Origin: Alphaproteobacteria bacterium
GTDB lineage: Bacteria; Pseudomonadota; Alphaproteobacteria; CACIAM-22H2
Length of the DNA: 64,000 nucleotides
Reading direction: 5' to 3'
NCBI GenBank assembly: GCA_036394195.1
Contig: DASWFO010000062.1
Span: 18,514-82,513, forward strand
Shown piece after piece: positions 44,362 to 54,676 of the stretch (the stretch's first letter is position 1; every line of letters begins with the position of its first letter). Position numbers and translations under genes: made by a program. The notes under the pieces were generated by a model that saw only the letters and a program-made list of their open reading frames with translations, did no database searches and was not told where the DNA came from.

Positions 44362-46734
44362 TCACCCCAGGCAGAGGCTGGCGGCGGCATTCAGGATCGC
44401 CTCCGCATCGAGGCCATAGACCCGATAAAGGTCGGGGATATCGCCCGACTGCCCGAAATGGTCGACGCCGAGGCTCCGGATGCGATGGCCGCGCACGGAC
44501 CCCAGCCAGGACAACGTCGCCGGATGGCCGTCGATCACGGTCACCAGCCCCGCACCGGGCTGCAGCTTGGCCAGCAGGCGGTCGATCTGCGAGGCCGGCC
44601 CGGCGGCCCGCCAATCGGCGTGCAGCCGATCGGGTGACGTGACCGCGAGGAGGCCCGCCCCGGGCACGTCCTCCAGGATCTGGCGGTGGGCGTCGGCGGC
44701 TTCAGGCGCCACGGGCCCGGCATAGACCACTGCGAGATCCGCCTCCGGCGAGGGCGGCCGCACCCAATAGCCGCCAGCCACCACGTCCGCCTTGAGCGCC
44801 GGGTCGAGAGGCCGCGACGGCTGGACGAGCGGCCGCGTGGACAGGCGGAGATAGACCGAGCCGCCGTCCTGCTCCTGCATGTGCCGGAAGCCCCATTCCA
44901 TGATCGCCGCCAGTTCGTCGACATAGGCGGGCTCGAAATAGGCGAGGCCCGGCTGCCCCATGCCGATCAGCGGCGTCGCGATCGACTGATGCGCGCCCCC
45001 TTCGGGCGCCAAGGTGAGGCCGGCCGGCGTCGCGGCGATCATGAACCGCGCGTCCTGGTAGCAGGCATAGTTCAGCGCATCGAGGCCGCGCTGGATGAAC
45101 GGGTCGTAGAGCGTGCCCACCGGCAGCAGCCGCGCGCCGAACAGCGGGCCGGCCAGGCCGGCCGCGGCCAGCATCAGGAAAAAGTTGTGCTCGGCGATGC
45201 CGAGCTCGATGTGCTGGCCCTTGGGACTCATCGCCCAGGTCTGGGCGGAGACGACCTTCTCCGCCTTGAACACGTCCGACTTGTCACGGCGGTCGAACAA
45301 CCCGCGCCGGTTCACCCAGCCGCCGAGATTGGTCGACACCGTCACGTCCGGCGACGTCGTCACGATGCGCGCGGCAAGCTCGCTGGTCCCGCCGGCGAGG
45401 TCGAACAAGATCCGGCCGAAGCCTTCCTGTGTCGACACGGTCTTGCCGGCGTCGATCTTCGGCACCGGAAAATCGGCCGGGACCGCTACCGGTGCCGCTT
45501 CGTAGCGCCGGGGAAATTTCTGCGCGAACGGCACGGCGGCGAGAAATTTCTCGATTTCGGTCTGGGGGATGTCCAGACCGGCGAACCTGTCCCACTCCTG
45601 ACCCGCCGGCACGCCGAGGCTGTCGCGGAACGTCGCCATCTGCTCGCCGCTCATCAGGCCGGCATGGTTGTCCTTGTGCCCGGCAAACGGCAGGCCGAAG
45701 CCCTTGATCGTGTAGGCGATGAAGCAGGTCGGCTGATCGCTGCCGGCGGCGGCATCGAAGGCCTCGGTCAGGCTTTCGAGGTCGTGACCGGCGAGATTGG
45801 TCATCAGCCGGTGCAGCGCGTCATCGTCGTTGTACTGGGCCAGCAGCTCGCGCACGCCGGCGACGTCGCCGATATCGGCGAGGATGTGCTCGCGCCACGC
45901 CGCCCCGGCCTTGTAGGTGAGCGCCGAATAGAGGGTATTCGGGCAATCGTCGATCCAGCGCCGGAGCGCCTCGCCGCCGGGACGGGCGAACGCGGCCTGC
46001 AGCAGCTTGCCGTATTTCAGCGTGACGACGCGCCAGCCCGTGCCTTCGAACGCGCGCTCGATCGCCTGGAAAAGCTGATCGGAAACGACGCTGTCGAGAC
46101 TCTGGCGGTTGTAGTCGATGATCCACCACAGGTTCCGGACATCGTGCTTCCAGCCCTCGAGCATCGCCTCGAAGACGTTGCCCTCGTCGAACTCGGCATC
46201 GCCGACGATCGCCACCATCCGGCCGGCCTTGGCATCGGCCGGGGCCAGATTCTTCAGGTGCACATAGTCCTGCACGATCGAGCCGAAGAGCGTCTCGGCG
46301 ACGCCCAGGCCGACCGAGCCGGTGGAGAAATCCACGTCGTCGATATCCTTGGTCCGCGATGGATAGGACTGGGCGCCACCCAACGCACGGAAGCCTTCAA
46401 GCTTCTCCAGGCTCTGGCGCCCGAGCAGGTATTGGATCGCATGGAAGACCGGGCTCGCGTGCGGCTTCACCGCGACGCGGTCCTCCGCCCGCAAGGTGTG
46501 GAAATACAGCGCCGTCATCAAGGTCACCGCCGACGCGCTGGACGCCTGATGCCCGCCGACCTTCAGCCCGTCGCGCTTCGGCCGGATCTGGTTGGCGTGA
46601 TGGATCATCCAACTCGACAGCCACAGGACCTTGCGTTCGAGGGCGTGCAGGATCGCGATCCGGCGCGGATCGGGACGGCCGGGTGCGGCGGCACCGCGCG
46701 GCAGCGGGACGATTTGGGCGGTGGTCTGGCTCAT
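44362..46734 (-). CDS. Homodimeric-type 2-oxoacid dehydrogenase E1 component (AceE/transketolase-like), 790 aa
   Basis: It has a ThDP fold with GDG..EG and the long single-chain E1 architecture. No E2/E3 genes are adjacent. Confidence 0.6.
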   Translation of the reverse strand: MSQTTAQIVPLPRGAAAPGRPDPRRIAILHALERKVLWLSSWMIHHANQIRPKRDGLKVGGHQASSASAVTLMTALYFHTLRAEDRVAVKPHASPVFHAIQYLLGRQSLEKLEGFRALGGAQSYPSRTKDIDDVDFSTGSVGLGVAETLFGSIVQDYVHLKNLAPADAKAGRMVAIVGDAEFDEGNVFEAMLEGWKHDVRNLWWIIDYNRQSLDSVVSDQLFQAIERAFEGTGWRVVTLKYGKLLQAAFARPGGEALRRWIDDCPNTLYSALTYKAGAAWREHILADIGDVAGVRELLAQYNDDDALHRLMTNLAGHDLESLTEAFDAAAGSDQPTCFIAYTIKGFGLPFAGHKDNHAGLMSGEQMATFRDSLGVPAGQEWDRFAGLDIPQTEIEKFLAAVPFAQKFPRRYEAAPVAVPADFPVPKIDAGKTVSTQEGFGRILFDLAGGTSELAARIVTTSPDVTVSTNLGGWVNRRGLFDRRDKSDVFKAEKVVSAQTWAMSPKGQHIELGIAEHNFFLMLAAAGLAGPLFGARLLPVGTLYDPFIQRGLDALNYACYQDARFMIAATPAGLTLAPEGGAHQSIATPLIGMGQPGLAYFEPAYVDELAAIMEWGFRHMQEQDGGSVYLRLSTRPLVQPSRPLDPALKADVVAGGYWVRPPSPEADLAVVYAGPVAPEAADAHRQILEDVPGAGLLAVTSPDRLHADWRAAGPASQIDRLLAKLQPGAGLVTVIDGHPATLSWLGSVRGHRIRSLGVDHFGQSGDIPDLYRVYGLDAEAILNAAASLCLG

Positions 46735-46824
46735 CGCAGCATCATATCGCTAAAAACCGGGCAAAATATTGCGATCCGTGCTATAAGGTCCTGCTATACG
46801 GCACACTTCTTCTAAGAATCCGCT

Positions 46825-47337
46825 TTGGACGAAATGGACGTTTCGCCGCCCCTCGACGCGATCGACCGCCGCATCCTGCGCAGCCTGCAGGAGAACGCCC
46901 GGCTGTCGAACGCCGAACTCGCCCAGAAGGTCGGCCTGTCGACCTCGCCGGTCTGGCGGCGCGTCAAGGCGCTCGAGGAGGCGGGCGTGATCACCGGCTA
47001 TCAGGCGCTGGTCGATCCCGCATCGGTCGGCCTGGCGGTCAACGTCTTCGTCCACGTCTCGCTCGAAAAGCAGGTCGAAGCGGCGCTGGAAGCCTTCGAA
47101 GCCGCGATCCGGCGCCGGCCGGAAGTACTGGAGTGTTACCTGATGACCGGCGAATCCGACTACCTGCTGCGCGTGGTGGTGCCCAACCTCGGCGCCTATG
47201 AGCGCTTCGTGATGGATCACCTGACGCGCATCCGCGGCATCGCCAGCATCAAGTCGAGCTTCGCGCTGCGCCCGGTCAAGCATGGGACGGAACTCCCCCT
47301 GCCCGACCCCGAGCCGGCCACCGGGCGACGGCGCTAG
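46825..47337 (+). CDS. Lrp/AsnC-family transcriptional regulator
   Basis: An HTH is present (..[42 protein letters not shown]..), followed by a RAM domain. It is divergent from the E1 gene. Confidence 0.85.
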   Translation: MDEMDVSPPLDAIDRRILRSLQENARLSNAELAQKVGLSTSPVWRRVKALEEAGVITGYQALVDPASVGLAVNVFVHVSLEKQVEAALEAFEAAIRRRPEVLECYLMTGESDYLLRVVVPNLGAYERFVMDHLTRIRGIASIKSSFALRPVKHGTELPLPDPEPATGRRR

Positions 47338-47445
47338 CCGTCTGGCAGGATTGGCGCTCAGGATGTCCGCGGTGTAGGCTGCTGCCACACGTCAGCACGA
47401 CGACGAGCCCGACCTCTCAGGCCCGACCCTCTCAGGGAGGAGCCG

Positions 47446-47829
47446 TTGGACTGCGTTCAAATCGGACCCGCGACCTCGCAGATCTCGCTGTGCCCGGGGC
47501 GCTCGGCGGCGTCGCCGGTCCACGTGTCGATCGCCGCCGGGCCCTTCCACGGCAGCTTCGGAGCCGAGGTCGACATCCGGATCTTCCGCAACGCGCTCGA
47601 GCGCATGTATGAGACGCTCGACGGCACCGCCGGCCTGCGCTCGGCCGACGGATCGCTCGACGTCGAACTGATCGGCAACGGCACGGGGCGGATCCGCATG
47701 AAGGCGCTGGCGCGGCCGATGAAGTCCGGCGAGCTCAGGTTCACCGCCGACATCGACCAATCGGCGCTGCCGCTCATCCTCAGCGCCATCGACCGGCTGT
47801 TCCTGTCCTCGCCGAACGAGCCGGATTGA
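47446..47829 (+). CDS. Hypothetical protein (127 aa)
   Basis: Its composition is protein-like. The overlapping minus-strand ORF 47392..47895 is Arg-rich shadow sequence. Confidence 0.4.
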   Translation: MDCVQIGPATSQISLCPGRSAASPVHVSIAAGPFHGSFGAEVDIRIFRNALERMYETLDGTAGLRSADGSLDVELIGNGTGRIRMKALARPMKSGELRFTADIDQSALPLILSAIDRLFLSSPNEPD

Positions 47830-48000
47830 TCCCCGCACATTCCTCGTCATCGCGAGGAGCCCCAAATTTCCTGCAGGGGGCGAAGCCCCCTGCAACCCCG
47901 GGCGACGAAGCGATCCAGAGTCCGGACGCCTGGATTGCTTCGCTTCGCTCGCAGTGACAACCAGGACTGGATCGCCGCTTACGCGGGGATGACCCTAAAG
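47830..48000 (+). repeat. REP family B element (tcatcgcgagg...gcgaagcgatccag...ctggattgcttcgc...) plus a family D-like hairpin
   Basis: The same ~120-bp palindromic element occurs inverted at 58946..59075. Confidence 0.8.
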
Positions 48001-48002
48001 GG

Positions 48003-49454
48003 TCACTTGAGCAGCTTGGCGGCGGCGGATGAGGTGACGATGCGGCCTTCGCCTTCGTAGGCTTCGTGGTTCGCCTCGACATCGTCGAGGCGATACTCAT
48101 AGTTCACCATGAGGCCGGCCGATTGCTGCAAGCCCTTCTTGGACGTGTCGGCCAGCCAGTTCAGCCGCTCGACGCGCGCGCCGTTGCTCAGGTGGAAATT
48201 GGCGACCGGATCGAGCGCCTTGCCGTCCTCGCGCTTGGCCTGGACGAGGTAGCGTGCGGCCAGGCGGAGCAGCGGTACCTCGAGGGCCGCGGTCAGTGTC
48301 GAGTCCTTGAGCCACGCATTGTCCGCCAGGACCTGCTTCATGACGCCCTTGCTGACATTGTTGTCGCCGAGCGCCGTCGCGAGCGCCTTGCGGTCGCTTT
48401 TATCAAGCACGCCGGGCACGCCCTCGGCGAATTGCTGGTCGAGCCAGGCGCGGAAGCCGGGGATCGGCGACAGCGTCGCAAAGGTCTTCAGCCGCGGGAA
48501 TTCGGTGGCGAGCTGGTCGGCGACGCGCTTGATGAGAAACCCGCCGAAGCTGACGCCGGCGAGGCCCTTCTGGGCGTTCGAGATCGAGTAGAAGATTGCC
48601 GTGTCGGCGTTGCGCGGATCGCCGACCGGCGCCTTCTCGTCCAGGAGGGCCTGGATGTTCCCGGCCATTCCGGTGACCAGCGCCACCTCGACGAAGATCA
48701 GCGGCTCGCTGGGCATGCGCGGATGGAAAAACGCGAAGCACCGGCGGTCGGAATCGAGGCGGTTCTTGAGGTCGACCCAGCTCCGCACCTGATGGACGGC
48801 TTCGTAGACGCTGAGCTTCTCCAGGAGGGCGGCGGGCGAATCCCAGGTGATTCGCTTGAGCTCGAGGAAGCCGACATCGAACCAGCCGATGAGCAGGGCC
48901 TTGAGATCGGCCTCGAGGCCGGCGAGCCGCCGGTCCTCGCGGGCCAGGCGCATGATCTCCGCCCGCATGTCGACGAGGAACTTCACGCCGTCGGGAAGCT
49001 CGTTGAACTGAGTCAACAGGCGCACCCGCGGCGCCTGCAGGGCGGCGCGGAGCTCGCGCTCGGCCTTGGCGCGGGCGCGGTCGTCCTTGGCCGCGAGCAG
49101 CGCCGCCGCCGCCGCCTGCACGGCTCCGTGGTCGACGTCGAATTCCTCGGCGATGAGCTTCAGGAACCGCTTTCGCCCCTCGGCGTTGAGGCCGAGGTAA
49201 AGCCGGCCCAGGGCCGCCGCCCGCGCCCGCGCCGACACCTCGCCGCCCCGGGCTTCGAGGCAGTCGTTGATTTGCCGGCGAAGCTCATCGAGATCGCTGT
49301 CGGGAAGTGCCGGGGCGACGCTGCCGGCGGCGCCGATGGCGCCGCGGGCGGTGGTCGAGATATCGCGCCACGCGTCGCGCAGATTGCGCAGCGTGCGGTC
49401 GATGAGGCTCGTCGCCACCTTGCGCGTCTCGGTTGGAAACTTGATGTCGGTCAT
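48003..49454 (-). CDS. Malonyl-CoA decarboxylase
   Basis: The 483-aa ORF has an N-terminal helical domain and a C-terminal GNAT-like catalytic domain (..FYSISNAQKGL..SPIPGF..). Confidence 0.75.
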   Translation of the reverse strand: MTDIKFPTETRKVATSLIDRTLRNLRDAWRDISTTARGAIGAAGSVAPALPDSDLDELRRQINDCLEARGGEVSARARAAALGRLYLGLNAEGRKRFLKLIAEEFDVDHGAVQAAAAALLAAKDDRARAKAERELRAALQAPRVRLLTQFNELPDGVKFLVDMRAEIMRLAREDRRLAGLEADLKALLIGWFDVGFLELKRITWDSPAALLEKLSVYEAVHQVRSWVDLKNRLDSDRRCFAFFHPRMPSEPLIFVEVALVTGMAGNIQALLDEKAPVGDPRNADTAIFYSISNAQKGLAGVSFGGFLIKRVADQLATEFPRLKTFATLSPIPGFRAWLDQQFAEGVPGVLDKSDRKALATALGDNNVSKGVMKQVLADNAWLKDSTLTAALEVPLLRLAARYLVQAKREDGKALDPVANFHLSNGARVERLNWLADTSKKGLQQSAGLMVNYEYRLDDVEANHEAYEGEGRIVTSSAAAKLLK

Positions 49455-49508
49455 GGCCGATTTTCGCCTGCCGATCGTGACCGTGTAAAGACAGGCTGTG
49501 CCTGCGAA

Positions 49509-51023
49509 TTACGCAAGGCGCGCCTTCAATCCACGCAGGGCTTTAGGCAGCGATTCTATGATGTCGCTTGCGATCAGGCCCGGGCCGAACGAGGCCGCCG
49601 CCGCACCATGGAGCCAGGCCGCCGCGCAGGCCGAATCGAACGCCCTCATCCGCTGCGCGATGAGGGCCAGGATCATGCCGGCCAGCACGTCGCCGGTACC
49701 GCCGGTGGCGAGGTCGGGCGGCGCGTTGGAATTGATCACCGTCCGCCCATCCGGCGCCGCCACGACCGTGTCGAACCCCTTGAGCAGCACCGTGGCGCCG
49801 CTCCGCTCGGCGGCGGCCCGCGCCCGGCCGAGCTTGTCGCCGGCATGGGCCTTCGCGAGATCGGGAAACAGGCGCGCGAACTCTCCGTCGTGCGGCGTCA
49901 GCACGACCTGGCGGTCGCCGCCGCGCCGGATGGCGCGGCAGAGATGCTCGGCGTCATCGGCGAACGCGGTCAGCGCATCGGCGTCGAGCCCGCAGTCCTT
50001 GCCGGCACTGAGGGCCGCCAGCACCCGCATGCGCGTCGCCATGTCGGCCCCATTGCCCGGGCCGAGCAGCACCGCGTTCTTTCGCGGGTCTTCGAGCAGC
50101 CGGGCGAATGCAGGCGCGTCGTCGCAGGGGGCCATGATCAGCGTGTCGCTGGCGACGGCATAGATCGGGATCGCGGCCGACGGTGCGGCGACGCTCACCA
50201 GTCCGGCGCCGGCGCGCGCGGCCGCCCGCGCCGCCAACCGCCCCGCCCCGGTCATGACGCCGCCGCCGACCACGACCGCGTGCCCGCGGCTGTATTTGTG
50301 GCCGTCGGGTCGCGGCCAGGGAAACCGGTCCAGCCACAGCGCCGGGTCGTTCTCGTGGCAGCGCGGCGCGATGACGTCGAGAACCGCCGCCGGAATCCCG
50401 ATATCCGCCACCACCAGATCACCGCACAGGAGGCGGCCCGGAAGGAGCACGTGCCCGGGCTTTTTGCGGAAGAAGGTGACCGTCACCGCCGAGCGCGGGG
50501 CGGCGTCCGGCTCGCCCACCACCTGTCCGGTGTCGCCGGACACCCCTGACGGCACGTCGACCGCGACGCAAGGCAGGCGCCGCGCGTTGATCTCGCGGAC
50601 GACGTCGCGGGCGGCACCGTCGAGCGGCCGGCTCAGCCCGGCGCCGAACAGCGCGTCGACGACGACCGATGCGCCGTCGAGGGCCGCCGGCGTCAACGGC
50701 TCCACGGCACCGGTCCATGACTTGGCGTGAAACGCCGCATCGCCTTTCAAGCGCTCGCGGGCGCCGAAGAGGGCCAGCCGCACCGTCCACCCCGCCTCCC
50801 GCAGCAGGCGCGCCGCCACGAAGCCATCGCCGCCGTTGTTGCCCGGTCCGCAGAGGACGCTGACCGGACCAGGCGGGAAGCGCCGCCGCACCGTGTCGGC
50901 GACGGCAGCGCCGGCCGCGGCCATCAGCGCAACGCCGGGTGTTCCGGCCTCGACCGCGAGGCGGTCGGCGCGGCTCATCTCGGCGACCGTCAGAAGGGCG
51001 AACGCGTGCGGACCGGTGGTCAT
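49509..51023 (-). CDS. nnr: Bifunctional NAD(P)H-hydrate repair enzyme (epimerase + ADP-dependent dehydratase)
   Basis: The YjeF-N domain (..GPGNNGGDG..) is fused to the YjeF-C ribokinase-like domain (..GGTGDVLAG..). The start is taken at MTTGPHAFALL. Confidence 0.8.
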   Translation of the reverse strand: MTTGPHAFALLTVAEMSRADRLAVEAGTPGVALMAAAGAAVADTVRRRFPPGPVSVLCGPGNNGGDGFVAARLLREAGWTVRLALFGARERLKGDAAFHAKSWTGAVEPLTPAALDGASVVVDALFGAGLSRPLDGAARDVVREINARRLPCVAVDVPSGVSGDTGQVVGEPDAAPRSAVTVTFFRKKPGHVLLPGRLLCGDLVVADIGIPAAVLDVIAPRCHENDPALWLDRFPWPRPDGHKYSRGHAVVVGGGVMTGAGRLAARAAARAGAGLVSVAAPSAAIPIYAVASDTLIMAPCDDAPAFARLLEDPRKNAVLLGPGNGADMATRMRVLAALSAGKDCGLDADALTAFADDAEHLCRAIRRGGDRQVVLTPHDGEFARLFPDLAKAHAGDKLGRARAAAERSGATVLLKGFDTVVAAPDGRTVINSNAPPDLATGGTGDVLAGMILALIAQRMRAFDSACAAAWLHGAAAASFGPGLIASDIIESLPKALRGLKARLA

Positions 51024-51081
51024 GCGAATCTCATAATCCTGCTGCCTTGAAATCACCATACGCAAGCCCGATGGTCATGCC

Positions 51082-51786
51082 ATGCGGCTCGCCTCCCTCC
51101 TGTGCGTCCTCGGGCTCGCGGCCGCCCTCGCCGGGCCCACCGCACGCGCGGACGAGCCCGTCGATCTGCAGCTGGTCCTCGCCGTCGATTCGTCGTCGAG
51201 CGTGTCGATGGACGAATATTATCTGCAGCTGCAAGGGTACGCCGCCGCGTTCCGCCATCCCGAGCTCTTGAAGGCGATCCGGTCGGGCAGCCACCAGGCG
51301 ATCGCGGTCATGCTCTTCGAATGGTCCAGCGAACGCCAGCAGACGGTCAACTTCGAATGGCGCCGGCTCGCCGACGACGCAAGCCTTGAGAAACTCGCAT
51401 CCGAGCTCGAGAACGCGCCGCGGCTGGTCATCGGCGGCGAGACCGCCATCGGCGAGGCGATCGAGTTCGGGATGCGGCAGTTCGCCGACTGCGCGTTCGA
51501 CGGTACACGCCGAGTCATCGACATTTCAGGCGACGGCTCCAGCAACCGCGGACGGCGCGTCACCATGGCCCGCGACGACGCGGTCCTTCAGGGAATCACC
51601 ATCAACGGGCTTGCGGTCCTCCATGAAGAGCCGCAGCTGGACGCCTATTATCAGCGCTATGTGGTCGGCGGCGTCGGCGCCTTCGTGATCTCGGCCCACG
51701 ACTACACCGACTTTGCCGATGCGATCCTGAAGAAGCTCCTGCACGAGGTCCAGACGGTGGCGGAGCTGCCGGGCCGGCCGTCTTAA
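51082..51786 (+). CDS. Exported DUF1194-type protein (VWA-like fold)
   Basis: It has a signal peptide and a D-x-S-x-S MIDAS-like motif (LAVDSSSSVS). Confidence 0.55.
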   Translation: MRLASLLCVLGLAAALAGPTARADEPVDLQLVLAVDSSSSVSMDEYYLQLQGYAAAFRHPELLKAIRSGSHQAIAVMLFEWSSERQQTVNFEWRRLADDASLEKLASELENAPRLVIGGETAIGEAIEFGMRQFADCAFDGTRRVIDISGDGSSNRGRRVTMARDDAVLQGITINGLAVLHEEPQLDAYYQRYVVGGVGAFVISAHDYTDFADAILKKLLHEVQTVAELPGRPS

Positions 51787-51870
51787 CGCCTCGCCTAACG
51801 ATCTTTCGGTCGATCGGGAACAAAACGGGGCCGGAGTTTTTGCCGGAACGAAGACTCTGTGGTTATATGA

Positions 51871-53247
51871 ATGATGACCGAAAGCGAGTTTCCGACCGAA
51901 TTCGCCTCGGGCTGGAAGGACATGACCCAGCCGGAGCTCGACGAGTCGATGCGGCTTCACCACATGTTCAAGCTCGGCCAGCTGGGCGGGAAGCGCGCCA
52001 ATCTCAGCTTTCGCAACCTCTCCTATCGCGACCTGTCGAACCACGATCTGTCGGACGCCGATTTCAGCGGCTGCCGCGCGCAGCACGCCAACTTCCGCGG
52101 CACGAACCTGTCGGCCGCCAATCTGTTCGCGGCCGATCTCCGGGCCAGCGACCTGACCAACGCGATCCTCACCCGGGCGGATCTGCGCGGCGCCTGCGTG
52201 CGGGGGGCCGTGCTGACGAACGCCGAGATGCACGAGGTCGATCTGCGCGCCGGCGTACTGCTCAAGTCCGACCGCCGCGGCAACCTCGCGATGATGACCT
52301 TCGACATGAACGTCGCCGATCTCGGCAACGCGGTCATCCGGGGCGCCGACCTCACGGGCGCCAAGCTGTCGAACGCGTTCATCATGCAGACCGACCTCAC
52401 CGACGCGATCCTGCGCAACGCGAAGCTGCAGAAGGCCGACCTCAGCCAATCGAACTTGACCGGCTCGGTGCTCGAAGGCGCCGATCTGTCCGAGGCGAAC
52501 CTCACCGGCGCCATCTTCCACGGCGCCATCCTCGCCCGCGCGATCATGCACGGGACGAAGCTCGAGGGCGCCGACCTGACGGGCGCCATGCTCGACGACC
52601 TCGACAAATCCCGCACCGATTTCAGCAAGGCGCGCCTGCCGCGCCATCTGGACTCGCTCGGCGCCTCCCTGAAGGAGGTGCTGATCCAGCATACGCAATG
52701 GATCCACTCCTCGGGCAAGACCGGCCGGCGCGCCGAGCTCGCCCGGTTCGACCTCAGCCGGCAGAACCTCGAGGGCGCGAATCTCTCGGCGGCGAGCCTG
52801 GAGCTGACGGTACTGCGCGGCGCCGACCTGTCCAAGGCCAACCTGCTGATGGCGGACATGAGTTACGCCGACCTGCGCGAGGCCGATCTGAGCTATGCCG
52901 ATCTGCGCGGCGCCAGCCTCCGGCGGGCGAACCTCACCGGCGCCAGGCTGGTGGGAACCCGGGTCGGGCCGGTCGACATCCTCGGCTCGTCGACCCACAT
53001 CTGGTCGGCCAATCTCGAAAATGCCAAGCTCCTCAACACCAATCTCAACGGCGCCGAATTCCGCCGCGCCAAGATGCAGAGCGTGAACTTCACCGGGGCC
53101 ACGATGACCGGCGCTGTTTTCAAGCACGCCAATCTGCAGGACGCGATCTTCACCCGCGCCGACACGCGCGGGGCCGATTTCGAAAAGGCCGACACGCGCG
53201 GCACGGTCGACCTGCACGGTCCGGAACCGGACGACGACGCTCGCTGA
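51871..53247 (+). CDS. Large cytoplasmic pentapeptide-repeat protein (458 aa, ~70 quintets)
   Basis: It is made of continuous A(D/N)L.. pentapeptide repeats ([25 protein letters not shown]...). Confidence 0.75.
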   Translation: MMTESEFPTEFASGWKDMTQPELDESMRLHHMFKLGQLGGKRANLSFRNLSYRDLSNHDLSDADFSGCRAQHANFRGTNLSAANLFAADLRASDLTNAILTRADLRGACVRGAVLTNAEMHEVDLRAGVLLKSDRRGNLAMMTFDMNVADLGNAVIRGADLTGAKLSNAFIMQTDLTDAILRNAKLQKADLSQSNLTGSVLEGADLSEANLTGAIFHGAILARAIMHGTKLEGADLTGAMLDDLDKSRTDFSKARLPRHLDSLGASLKEVLIQHTQWIHSSGKTGRRAELARFDLSRQNLEGANLSAASLELTVLRGADLSKANLLMADMSYADLREADLSYADLRGASLRRANLTGARLVGTRVGPVDILGSSTHIWSANLENAKLLNTNLNGAEFRRAKMQSVNFTGATMTGAVFKHANLQDAIFTRADTRGADFEKADTRGTVDLHGPEPDDDAR

Positions 53248-53263
53248 CTGCCGAGAGATCGAT

Positions 53264-54676
53264 GTGACTCGCTCCGACGCCATTCTCCTTGCCAGCCGAT
53301 ACTTCGATGAGGGCGGGTTTGCCGCCGATCTCGCACGGCGCGTCGCGATTCCCACCGAAAGCCAGAATCGCGACCGGGCCGACGCGCTCGCCGCCTATGT
53401 CGAGGGTGAGCTCAAAGAGACGCTGGGCGGCCTCGGCTTCGCCTGCCGGACGCTGACGGAAGCCCGGGCCCTTGGCCCGTTCCTGTACGCCGAGCGGATC
53501 GAAGACCCCGGTCTGGTCACGGTGTTCTCCTATGGCCATGGGGACGTGATCCGCGGTCAGGACGCGCAATGGTCGCAAGGGTTGTCACCGTGGCGGCTGA
53601 CCGCCGACGGCGACCGTCTCTACGGCCGCGGCACCGCCGACAACAAGGGCCAGCACAGCGTGAATCTCGGCGCGCTCGCCGCGGTGCTGAAGGCGCGCGG
53701 CCAGCTCGGATTCAATCTCAAGCTCCTCATCGAGACGGGTGAGGAAATGGGCTCGCCCGGCTTGCGCGAGCTGTGCGAGCGGCACAAATCCGAATTCAAG
53801 GCCGACGTGCTGATCGCCTCCGACGGTCCGCGCCTCTCGGCCGACCGCCCGACCCTGTTTCTCGGCTCGCGCGGCGGGGTCGCCTTCGACCTGACCGTCG
53901 ACCTGCGCGCGGGCGCGCATCACTCCGGCAACTGGGGCGGCTTGCTGGCCAATCCGGGAATCATTCTCGCCCACGCCCTGGCGACAATCACCGGCCCAAC
54001 CGGGCAGATCCGCATCCCCGAATGGGTGCCATCGGAGATTCCGGCGCCGGTGCGCAAGGCGCTCGCCGATTGCATGGTGGACGGCGGCCCCGACGGGCCG
54101 TCGATCGATCCCGGCTGGGGCGAGCCGAACCTGACTCCGGCCGAGCGGGTGTTCGGCTGGTGCAGCTTCGAAATCCTCGCCTTCCGCACCGGCAACCCCG
54201 ATCAGCCGGTCAACGCCATTCCGCCCAAGGCGACGGCACGCTGCCAGCTTCGCACCGTCGTCGGGATCGATGCCGACCAGGTGCTGCCGGCGCTGCGGCG
54301 TCATCTCGATCGGCACGGCTTTCCGATGGTCAAGCTGGCGCCGGCCCGCGACGATTTCTTCCGCGCCACGCGGCTCGACCCTGAGCATCCTTGGGTCCAG
54401 TGGGCGGCGCGCTCGGTGACCGCGACCACCGGCCGCAAGCCGGCCATCCTGCCCAATCTCGGCGGCTCGCTGCCCAACGACATCTTCAGCGAGATCCTCG
54501 CCTTGCCGACGGTGTGGGTGCCGCACTCCTACCCCTCCTGCTCGCAGCATGCGCCGGATGAGCACATGCTCGCCCCGGTCGCCCGCGAGGGCTTGCAGAT
54601 CATGGCCGGCCTGTTCTGGGACCTCGGCGAGCCGGGCACGCCGCGCCAGCGTCCGGCGGACAACGCCGCCGCGTGA
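53264..54676 (+). CDS. M20-family metallopeptidase/dipeptidase
   Basis: Metal ligands are present (HGDV..., ..DNKG.., ..E(E)..). It is 470 aa. Confidence 0.7.
   Translation: MTRSDAILLASRYFDEGGFAADLARRVAIPTESQNRDRADALAAYVEGELKETLGGLGFACRTLTEARALGPFLYAERIEDPGLVTVFSYGHGDVIRGQDAQWSQGLSPWRLTADGDRLYGRGTADNKGQHSVNLGALAAVLKARGQLGFNLKLLIETGEEMGSPGLRELCERHKSEFKADVLIASDGPRLSADRPTLFLGSRGGVAFDLTVDLRAGAHHSGNWGGLLANPGIILAHALATITGPTGQIRIPEWVPSEIPAPVRKALADCMVDGGPDGPSIDPGWGEPNLTPAERVFGWCSFEILAFRTGNPDQPVNAIPPKATARCQLRTVVGIDADQVLPALRRHLDRHGFPMVKLAPARDDFFRATRLDPEHPWVQWAARSVTATTGRKPAILPNLGGSLPNDIFSEILALPTVWVPHSYPSCSQHAPDEHMLAPVAREGLQIMAGLFWDLGEPGTPRQRPADNAAA

Noticed and set aside
47392-47895. 167-aa minus-strand ORF overlapping the 47446..47829 hypothetical
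   Set aside because: Its composition is Arg/Gly/Asp-biased, whereas the plus-strand ORF is balanced. Only one can be real, and the plus-strand ORF is favoured.
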